Source: Thermoplasmata archaeon (GTDB lineage Archaea > Thermoplasmatota > Thermoplasmata > Lutacidiplasmatales > UBA184). Taken from it: 64,000 nucleotides of DNA. The stretch spans positions 34 through 64,033 of the forward strand of contig JBKQMS010000019.1 in the NCBI GenBank assembly GCA_052326485.1, in the 5' to 3' direction. Below are positions 29,343-37,197 of this stretch, piece by piece. Below the pieces are notes generated by a model. The model ran no database searches, was not told where the DNA came from, and saw only the letters and a program-made list of their open reading frames with translations. The position numbers and the translations under genes are program-made. Positions within the stretch are counted from its first letter, which is position 1; each line of letters starts with the position of its first letter.

Positions 29343-29365
29343 TGGGCCGGGACGGATTCGAACCG
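29343..29365 (-). repeat. att-like direct repeat: exact 23-bp copy of the tRNA-Val 3' end
   Basis: TGGGCCGGGACGGATTCGAACCG is identical to 37125-37147; the flanking bases differ. Confidence 0.9.
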
Positions 29366-29408
29366 CCCGGCGTTTCGAGTATCGTGGAAAGTGCTCCCGA
29401 CGAGATGA

Positions 29409-29762
29409 CTCCCCCGATTCGGCGGCTACTCGCGGACGCGGTTCGAGTCGCGCGTCCCGTTCGGTGACCAGGACGAGGACGCGGGCGAGGAGCCCGTCAC
29501 GCACCGGTTCAGTCTCCTGGAGATTACGAGCGGGCTCCTCGACGACTCGCGGGAGGCGGACGAGCGGGTCGCGGAGCGGAGCCTTCGCGACATGCGGTGG
29601 CGCTTGAAGGCGGCCCGCGAGGCGATTTCGGCCACGCCCGATGCCGAGGACGCCCTCCGGCAGGGAGTGGCCACCCTCTCCAACGAGGAGGTGGACCGTA
29701 TCGTGAAGGGCCGGGACACTCGCTCAGGCAGGTCGGCCGAGGCGCACGAGCGGGACGTCTAA
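29409..29762 (+). pseudogene. Probable 5'-truncated gene remnant just inside the att repeat
   Basis: 118-codon stop-free frame (…RFGGYSRTRFESRVPFGDQDED…LRDMRWRLKAAREAIS…HERDV*) with G/C-ending codons and no start near its 5' end. Confidence 0.45.
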
Positions 29763-29978
29763 GCGTTACAGTCATAGCATAACGCGGTTCAGGACTCTGG
29801 TCATTCGACATCATCCCACCGAACCGCACGGTGACGCACACCGAGAGTCTTATTGACATGGAGTCGTTGAAGCCGCTGATGGTTCCTCGGGGGCTGCCGT
29901 TGAGGCCGGTCCTTCTGAGAACTGTCGTGAGACGGCTCGGGTCCGGGTCTCGGGCACGTCTCGGGGAGAACGAATCCC

Positions 29979-32900
29979 ATGGTGGCAAACGAAGACCCGG
30001 GAATAGGCGATAGCCGAAACAGCGAGCGAGGTGCGTCCGCTTCGGGCCACCGACTCCGTGGAGGCCCAAGCGTCTTGCGACGCGGATCGAGGTACCGAAA
30101 GCCCCTCACCGTCTCCGTCGCCATCGGCTGCTGCCTCCTCATGCTTCTGACCTCGGTCCCGTCGGCCGCGGCATCATCTTCTGGGAATCCCCCACCACCG
30201 CCTGCTGGCGTTACCCCGAGCATCCTCGACTACGTTTACAACGTCGATCCATCGCTCTTCCCGCTTCCGTCCAACTTGCTGTCTTCGACGACCACGTCCC
30301 TCGTGAAGCTGATCTCCCTTCCCTCCGGAGCAAACTCGTTTGGGATGCTCAACGCGTCTCTCAGCAGTGGCGGAGCCGGCGGAGTATGGTTCGAATCGGG
30401 GGGTTATAGCCCGTCCATCGCGGCGGCCCTTGTGAAGCCGGGTTGCTCTAGCAGTTCGTGCCCGCCGAGCGTCCCGATTCAGTGGAACCCCGCCCTCAGG
30501 GTCGCCTCCTTTTCCCATGCCGTGACCGCCGACGCCCTGACGGTGTCGGGCACCATGGTGATCGCGGCCGCATCCAGCGCGGGAACGACCCAGCTTTGGA
30601 ACTCAAGCACGTCAGGTTCGACATGGAACCCTTTCGGTGTCCCGATTACGGGAACGGTGGTTTCCCTCGGCGCGAATGCTACGAATTCGGTCGTCGTGAC
30701 GGTCGCCGCGTCCGGCTGGGCGGCGACGGCCTTCGGCCTCGGCGGTGTAGAGATTGGCCAGGCCGATCTCGCCCCCAGAGGGTCCGGAGCGACAGGGATT
30801 CTGTCGGCGGCCGCGACCTTTGTGGCCAGCGGATTGGGTTCCCTCGTTGCAATCGCGTTCTCCGTTGGTGGATCCAATCAGGTCCAGATGGTCACCTCGA
30901 CCAACGGAGGCGTGTCCTACAGCTCCCCTCTGACCGTGGGACTGTCCAGTTCCACGCAACCGAACCCTGCACTCTCCTCGCTCGGTGACAGCCAGCTTGC
31001 CTCTCCCGGGTGGATCGCGGGACAGCTCGGGTTGGTTTCCTTCGGGTCCGGGCTCTTCCTGGCGTATCCCTCGCTGACTGCGGGTCAGCTCGACCTTCTC
31101 ACCGAGAGCTCGGGGAACGGGGGGCAAACATGGCAGGGTCCATTCGAATCCGGCCCGGTTTCCGGAGGCATTCACAATCTCAGCGTCACAGCCTCAGTTG
31201 CGGGTCTCGCATACGCTACTTGGGCGAATCCGGGTTGGGGAACGGGTGGTGTGGAGGAAGCGATATTCTTCGCCGACGGGTCCCCGTTGCTGTCCCCAAG
31301 CCCAATCCCAGGAGCCGGAGGAGCAGGCCCGGGACTTACGGGGGCCCCATCCCTCGCCATCGACTCGTTCCAACGACCGTTGATCGCGTGGCCTGTTTCC
31401 AACGGGATGGCACGGGGGATCGCGTTCACGGGCGACTTCCTCACCGCCAATCAATCCCTGGCGCAGGTCGATCAGATGGTTAACGACCCCTTGGTAGGGG
31501 GCGACTTCCCTTCAGGGGGCGGGTCTTCGCAACAGGCGGCGTTCAACGCGAGCGTCGCGAACGCTGTGTCCCTGGTCTCCGCCGGTCTTTCCACCAACAA
31601 ACTCTGCAACGCGCAGAACGCGACCGCCCTGTCACTCTACCAGAACGTGACCCATCTCCCTCTATCCATCCTTCCCGGGTCGGGGACCGTTTGCTCCTCG
31701 AAGCTGACACCTAACAACCTCACGTCGCCCATCGCCAACACGGTGGGCGTCAACGCGCCGAACACCTACCTCGCCGTGTACTCCGATTGGTTGCTGGAGT
31801 CGCTCGGCGTTCCCCTCGGCGTTTCGCCGCTATTGAACGCAACCAATCCGTGGGGTCCTTCGGCTACGCCTGCGCCTACGCCTTTGCCTCTGTCAAAGAT
31901 CACCAATTTCACGGGTAACCCGGGTTGTCTCCCAGGATTGGGAGGATGGTCCCAGTGTGGTACCCAGGAGAACGTGGCAGTCCTACCGTTTGTCTATAGC
32001 CCGACCGCTTTCAACCTTGCCGTGACCGCTGGGTTTCCTTCATCCAGTTACTCGACGCAATGGAAGACCTGCGGAAAGGTCAGTCCCCCGATAAACGGCG
32101 GTGAATTCACCTATACGGCCAACTATGCAGTCGTCAAGACCTGGACCAACGTTTCGATCAACAATGGGACCGTCCATTCGTTCACCGGGACGGGGTTCTA
32201 TCCCTCTCCCTACGTCTCCAATCTCACGCCGAGCAGCTCGTTCTACTGGAGCGTCACCCTCTCTCCGCTCTATCAGCTCCAAATTAGCGGGACTTGGTGC
32301 GGGGCCGGCTCGCAGCCTTCGGCCCCCTTCACCGTGTCCAAAACGACCTTTTCTGGGGTGGTCAAGACCACTCTCGCATTCGGCTTTACTTCTTACTCGT
32401 GGCACACGACGTATACAACGAAGTCGAACAGCGCTCCGGTTTCTTTGTCCTTCGCCTCGGGTGCGAACATGGGTGTGGTCGGCAATGTAACGATCACCGA
32501 CAACTCGAACGGCGGCGTGACCGTCGCCAGGTGGACGAGCTGGCCTCCCGGGTGGTATCTGCCTGCAACCCAGGGAGGCGTGGGCTTCACGGGTGTCGTT
32601 GGACATACCTACCAGGCCACCGTTTGGTCGACCAGTCGCCCTGGAGGCTGGACCTCGGCTCAGGTTCCCTCGTTCTCGTATTCACCTCCAGTCAAAGCCC
32701 CCGCTCAGACGGTCTCATGGTCCTTCTCGTTCACGCTAACGCGTCCATCCATCACGGTCTGGGGTTGGCAGGTGAGCAACATAACCGCCACGACCGCCCA
32801 GCTGACATGGCTTGCCAACTTCAAGGCGGCCGGATTTGTGACGTATTCCACGGAAGGAGGCGGAAGCAACCTCACAATCTCGGGAATGTCAGGAACCGTA

Positions 32901-35900
32901 CTCTCCAATGGGACCGCATGGAGGTTCACGGTAGAGTTGCACGGGCTCGAGCCGTGGGCGTTCTACCAGGGCACCTACGGAGTCGTCGCCTCCACAAAGA
33001 CGTACACCTATTCCGTAAGCCAAGCCTTCAGTCCGTTCCAGACGGCGGCCGCGCTGGTCCTCTGGGAGTCCGACAACCTCTACGATTCCATAACCAACAC
33101 CGGGGGAGGGGCGGAGTTCCACTGGAGCCTGCCGCCTGCCGTGGCCGAATCGAATCCCGCGGCGAAAGTGTCGGGCGGGACTCTGACGATCTGGAATGCC
33201 ACTCAGACGCTAGTGATCCCGGTTTCCCCGTCCGAAATCAACACGAATCCCACTAGCGCGTGGTTCAACACGCTGAATGTTTCCCTGGCAGCTTTGAACA
33301 ACACGTACGGCGCTGCTCTCCAGCTGAACTACACCGGTTCTCCTGCATTCTCCGCCTACAGCCAGAACTACGCCTTCACCTATCAGAAGGATTCGAGCGG
33401 GGACGGTCTTACGGATCTCGAGAAAGAGAACGGATGGGAGATCACCTCCACGGGTACCTGGGGGACCGTGAGCTACCCCGTGTACGCCTCTCCATCCCTA
33501 TACTCCACGAACGGGCTGGTCAGCGACTACTACGAAAAGGCCTACGGTCTCAATCCGCTGGTCGTCGACACTGCTGGCAGCCACATGCTCGACATGTGGA
33601 ATTTGACGTTTGACTTGGGCAGTTCATCAGCCCCTGTGTCGATTCCCGACTCCAGTGCTTTCCACCTCTGGTGGGAGAACAACACCACCTTCTATCCATT
33701 CAATTTCGCGCCATACCCCAACGACCCGAGCTGGGGCGGAAAGGCGTTGGCCAAGGACATCAGCAACATCTCATGCACGGCCACAAACTGCCCCGGAAAC
33801 TCACCCTACTCTTCCGAGGTTCTCTGGTCCAGCCAGGCTCTGACCACTTTTCTCAACATGCCGGGGGTCATCAACTCGGTGACCGGAAGTTGGCTCCGGG
33901 GTGTGATTTCTACCGCCGGCACGAATCGCACACTGACACTCTGGGGGAAGCTTTCCTGGGGGGCAAACCCGCTCGTGAATGCCGCTCTTGGCAATGGGGT
34001 TCCAGACGGGGCCCGAGTGAACCCGCTCCTCGCGCAGGACTTGGAGATCAGTTTCGGCGAGGGGGGGGCAGAGCTGAGTTCGGGCAGCTGCAGCGGGGTG
34101 CCTTCGGGCTCTGCCTACGCACTCAGGATGTGGGTAAACGGATCCGCGGCGAGTCCCGTGACCGAGTTGGCCGGTGCTTACTCGCAGGAGGTGGGCGTCA
34201 GCGGGGGATCCTGCGGCGCCATCTATAGCGGGAACCCAGTCGTCTGGACATTCCCTGTTGACAACCAGGTGCAGTTCCAGAGGGTCACCATCCAGATTGT
34301 GCTCAACACATCGACCCCCGGGTTGGTGCCGGTCAACGGCTCGTCCACGTCAGTCGTTATCCCGATAGACATGCTCAACCCGCCTCCTCTGACGGCCTGC
34401 ACGCGTGCCGGTTGCAGTCCTTGGTTCGAATACTTCGGGTCGAGCTCGACCTACGGGACGTACTCCGACCTCGAGTTCGGCATCACCGCCGTTCCGGCTG
34501 GCGCGAAGACCCCTACTTATCTCTGGCTTCCACCGGGAAACGCGACGGTCAGTTCCCTCCCTGCGGGCCTTCAACGATACACCGGGGCACAGAACTTTGC
34601 GTTGTTGCTAGTCAATGCGTCTGCAACTCAACAGGTGTACAACATTCCGACCCCCTGGGGTAGCACTTACTCGGTCACGCTTTCATCCGGACTGAACAAC
34701 ATCCTGATCCCGATGGTTGCCCTCAGCAACTCCCCCCTGGGCGACGCTCTGTTTCTGAACAAGGTGGCCGCGGACTCGAGCCAAGCCGTGCCTCCGATGT
34801 TGCAAACGGCACAAGCCGGGGGCCTGATCGACGGTTCCGGCACTGCTTCCCTCTCCGACCTCGCGTGCTACTGGCAGAATCGGGCGGTGAGCTCGAGCTC
34901 GTCGGTTACTCCCCTGTGTTCCGCTCATCATTCGGCGGACAAGGGTTCGTCGGTCGGGTCGGGGCTACGTATGATGCTGCTCAACGCCACGCCGAGCAGT
35001 TGCATCATCAATTGCGGAACGGTGCCCAACAATCCATCGGTCGAGAGCGGGGCCAACGCCCTCCCCGCGCTCGGAGTGTTGGTCGCCTTGAACGTCACCA
35101 ACACGTCGATGGTCTACGCCCTCCTCGCGGGAATCCTCGACAACTCTTCGGGAGGAGTCAATGGAACCTTCGAGGCCCTCCAGCCGTACCAGATCGCCAC
35201 TCTCGGCCTTCCCTCCGTTGTTCTCGACGCCATGGCCAACGTTTCCGCCCAGAACACACCAATCTTCGGACCGCCCAAGGCGAATCTTGGCGCCCAGCAC
35301 CAAGACTCCTGTTCTGGCTGGTTGGGCTGCGCGGCTCAGACTTGGAACTCGCTGGCTGGAGACGTCGTTTCTGGATTCGCTGTTGTCGCAGCGTTCTTGT
35401 GGAGTGCGACGATCGTCTCTGTTGTCTTCTGGGCGAACTTGGTCGTCGCGGCCGCGAGCCTCTATTACGAGTACGTCATTCAGCCCACAATCAGCACCAT
35501 AGAGAGAGTTGGGAGCGTGATCGTGGGCGCCCTGAACGCGCTCCTCAACTACATCATCTCGCTCGTGAAGGCGGCGCTGGCGGCGGTTATCAATCCCATC
35601 GTGAATGCTGCAGAAAGCTTCGATAGCGCGCTGGGCGCGGCAACTAATGCTAGCGTCGCGGATGTGGCTGGAGGTGGGAGCGTCACGATTGCTCATGCGA
35701 TGGCATGGGCACACTCTTTCGATGAGATAGCTCTCATAGGAAGCGTCCTCGGCTCAGTCATCGCAATTGTGATCACTCTCACCGCTCCGTTCGAGCTGGG
35801 TGCCAATTTCCTGTTGGGATTGATTGTCGGCTTGCTTCCGACCGTCGCGAGTCAGCTGATTTCCGGCTTCCCTTTTGGCATGGCCACTCTCACTCAGTCA

Positions 35901-36305
35901 GCGGTAACCGCGCTCGAGAGTTCGCTCGGGACCCCGCTCAGTGCCACCGCTTGGACTGCAGTGGCCGAATTGGTCGGGATTGCGGCTCCGAGCGGAGATT
36001 TTCTATTCTCGTTGATCAAGGCCTCTGAGAACAATTTCCCTGAGGCGGTCGCCCTATCGTTCTTTACAACTACAATCGTGGATGTGATTGTCGTCCTGTT
36101 CAATGTCGCCACTTGGTTCATCCACGTCTCCGCGATGGTCATCACCGCACTCATTCTCGCTGGATTCGCGGGCGGTCTTGCCGCTGTTGAGTACCCTAAG
36201 TACAGTGCGTTCCCGGAATTGGCAACCTTCGCAAGTCTCTCACGAATTCTAGGTATCGTTGGGTTTGGTGCTGCTTGCGCAGATTTTGTGTTGGCCGGTG
36301 GGTGA
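29979..36305 (+). CDS. Giant (2108 aa) exported multidomain protein with hydrophobic multi-helix C-terminus
   Basis: Signal-like segment (RYRK-PLTVSVAIGCCLLMLLTSVPSAAA), three Asp-box-like motifs, FN3-like module, DSSGDGLTDLE Ca-binding-like motif, many N-x-S/T sequons, ~330-aa hydrophobic tail. Confidence 0.85.
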   Translation: MVANEDPGIGDSRNSERGASASGHRLRGGPSVLRRGSRYRKPLTVSVAIGCCLLMLLTSVPSAAASSSGNPPPPPAGVTPSILDYVYNVDPSLFPLPSNLLSSTTTSLVKLISLPSGANSFGMLNASLSSGGAGGVWFESGGYSPSIAAALVKPGCSSSSCPPSVPIQWNPALRVASFSHAVTADALTVSGTMVIAAASSAGTTQLWNSSTSGSTWNPFGVPITGTVVSLGANATNSVVVTVAASGWAATAFGLGGVEIGQADLAPRGSGATGILSAAATFVASGLGSLVAIAFSVGGSNQVQMVTSTNGGVSYSSPLTVGLSSSTQPNPALSSLGDSQLASPGWIAGQLGLVSFGSGLFLAYPSLTAGQLDLLTESSGNGGQTWQGPFESGPVSGGIHNLSVTASVAGLAYATWANPGWGTGGVEEAIFFADGSPLLSPSPIPGAGGAGPGLTGAPSLAIDSFQRPLIAWPVSNGMARGIAFTGDFLTANQSLAQVDQMVNDPLVGGDFPSGGGSSQQAAFNASVANAVSLVSAGLSTNKLCNAQNATALSLYQNVTHLPLSILPGSGTVCSSKLTPNNLTSPIANTVGVNAPNTYLAVYSDWLLESLGVPLGVSPLLNATNPWGPSATPAPTPLPLSKITNFTGNPGCLPGLGGWSQCGTQENVAVLPFVYSPTAFNLAVTAGFPSSSYSTQWKTCGKVSPPINGGEFTYTANYAVVKTWTNVSINNGTVHSFTGTGFYPSPYVSNLTPSSSFYWSVTLSPLYQLQISGTWCGAGSQPSAPFTVSKTTFSGVVKTTLAFGFTSYSWHTTYTTKSNSAPVSLSFASGANMGVVGNVTITDNSNGGVTVARWTSWPPGWYLPATQGGVGFTGVVGHTYQATVWSTSRPGGWTSAQVPSFSYSPPVKAPAQTVSWSFSFTLTRPSITVWGWQVSNITATTAQLTWLANFKAAGFVTYSTEGGGSNLTISGMSGTVLSNGTAWRFTVELHGLEPWAFYQGTYGVVASTKTYTYSVSQAFSPFQTAAALVLWESDNLYDSITNTGGGAEFHWSLPPAVAESNPAAKVSGGTLTIWNATQTLVIPVSPSEINTNPTSAWFNTLNVSLAALNNTYGAALQLNYTGSPAFSAYSQNYAFTYQKDSSGDGLTDLEKENGWEITSTGTWGTVSYPVYASPSLYSTNGLVSDYYEKAYGLNPLVVDTAGSHMLDMWNLTFDLGSSSAPVSIPDSSAFHLWWENNTTFYPFNFAPYPNDPSWGGKALAKDISNISCTATNCPGNSPYSSEVLWSSQALTTFLNMPGVINSVTGSWLRGVISTAGTNRTLTLWGKLSWGANPLVNAALGNGVPDGARVNPLLAQDLEISFGEGGAELSSGSCSGVPSGSAYALRMWVNGSAASPVTELAGAYSQEVGVSGGSCGAIYSGNPVVWTFPVDNQVQFQRVTIQIVLNTSTPGLVPVNGSSTSVVIPIDMLNPPPLTACTRAGCSPWFEYFGSSSTYGTYSDLEFGITAVPAGAKTPTYLWLPPGNATVSSLPAGLQRYTGAQNFALLLVNASATQQVYNIPTPWGSTYSVTLSSGLNNILIPMVALSNSPLGDALFLNKVAADSSQAVPPMLQTAQAGGLIDGSGTASLSDLACYWQNRAVSSSSSVTPLCSAHHSADKGSSVGSGLRMMLLNATPSSCIINCGTVPNNPSVESGANALPALGVLVALNVTNTSMVYALLAGILDNSSGGVNGTFEALQPYQIATLGLPSVVLDAMANVSAQNTPIFGPPKANLGAQHQDSCSGWLGCAAQTWNSLAGDVVSGFAVVAAFLWSATIVSVVFWANLVVAAASLYYEYVIQPTISTIERVGSVIVGALNALLNYIISLVKAALAAVINPIVNAAESFDSALGAATNASVADVAGGGSVTIAHAMAWAHSFDEIALIGSVLGSVIAIVITLTAPFELGANFLLGLIVGLLPTVASQLISGFPFGMATLTQSAVTALESSLGTPLSATAWTAVAELVGIAAPSGDFLFSLIKASENNFPEAVALSFFTTTIVDVIVVLFNVATWFIHVSAMVITALILAGFAGGLAAVEYPKYSAFPELATFASLSRILGIVGFGAACADFVLAGG

Positions 36306-36312
36306 GTCGGGG

Positions 36313-36915
36313 ATGGAGCCCGGGCACGTAGCGACAGTTTACGACGTACGAGAGCTGAGTGACAAGCTGGCGAATCTTGGGCGGGTCGGTCGAATTTCGT
36401 CATGGGTTGGGTTCGGCATAGGCGCTATCGCTCTTGCAGTCGGTGCCCTGGAGCTGACTCGATTCTTGCGCATGGGGACCGTCGCTGTATCAGTGACAGG
36501 AACCGGATTCGGTCTCTTTGTGCTTGGAATTTCCTGGTGGTCATTTCGGAGGGGAAGAGTCGGCGCCGTGTTGGTGGAGGTTGATGATGAGGGCGTCAAG
36601 CTTCATTACAGAAGGCGACGGGTGAAGCATCTTCGCTGGGCCGACCCGCATTTGTCGTTCATCTTGGAGGACGGCAGCGTTCTCCCCGCTGAGGTAACTA
36701 AGGGCGGGTTGCTCTTTCGTCTAAATGTAGGAAGTGGTGACACCCCTCTAACGAGAGCTGCCTTCTTCGACATCCTTTCCCGAGCCCGACAACACGGCTT
36801 GGTAGCGCGAAGCGGCCGGGACCGCGTACTGCTAATGCCACCCAGCATGTGGCTGATGGATTACCACATTCGCGGCTCGACTCATCGGCCGCGACATCGA
36901 GACGAGTCCGCTTGA
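36313..36915 (+). CDS. Small membrane protein: two TM helices plus a basic cytoplasmic PH-like domain
   Basis: WVGFGIGAIALAVGAL and VTGTGFGLFVLGISWW helices, then VEVDDEGVKLHY…HLRW; starts 7 nt after the giant ORF. Confidence 0.75.
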   Translation: MEPGHVATVYDVRELSDKLANLGRVGRISSWVGFGIGAIALAVGALELTRFLRMGTVAVSVTGTGFGLFVLGISWWSFRRGRVGAVLVEVDDEGVKLHYRRRRVKHLRWADPHLSFILEDGSVLPAEVTKGGLLFRLNVGSGDTPLTRAAFFDILSRARQHGLVARSGRDRVLLMPPSMWLMDYHIRGSTHRPRHRDESA

Positions 36916-37102
36916 AGGCGGCGGAAGCGGTGGTCGCAACCCCCCCGGGTCCGGCCGAGACGCTCGCGCGCGATCCTCAAATTGGTTGTTCTGAACCGAA
37001 GGGCGACGCGAGGCTGATCCGTAGGTAACTCCCGCGTTCTGCGCGGTTTCTTCCCTCTGGTGTCTCAGCCGATAAGGTAGGGGAGATGTCGGGAGTTGAA
37101 TG

Positions 37103-37124
37103 TGGGCGTCTGGGATTCGAACCG
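37103..37124 (-). repeat. Degenerate tRNA-3'-end-like copy abutting tRNA-Val
   Basis: TGGGC-GTCTG-GGATTCGAACCG versus att TGGGC-CGGGAC-GGATTCGAACCG. Confidence 0.6.
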
Positions 37125-37197
37125 TGGGCCGGGACGGATTCGAACCGTCGATCTCCGCGTTGTAAGCGCGACGTCATCACCGCTAGACTACCGGCCC
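37125..37197 (-). tRNA. tRNA-Val (anticodon TAC), intronless, CCA not encoded
   Basis: GGGCCGG acceptor stem, TCGCG-CTTACAA-CGCGG anticodon arm, GACGG-TTCGAAT-CCGTC T arm. Confidence 0.95.

Larger units (their letters stand above)
29343..37147. mobile_element. tRNA-Val-integrated genomic island (no integrase recognised)
   Basis: 23-bp terminal direct repeats; interior visibly more A/T-rich at third codon positions; no housekeeping genes inside. Confidence 0.8.

Noticed and set aside
29979-36305. Giant ORF as a viral tape-measure/spike gene of an intact provirus, or as the main S-layer protein
   Set aside because: The island has no capsid, packaging, replication or integrase genes, and atypical codon usage inside an att-flanked island argues against a core S-layer gene. 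A viral origin is not excluded.
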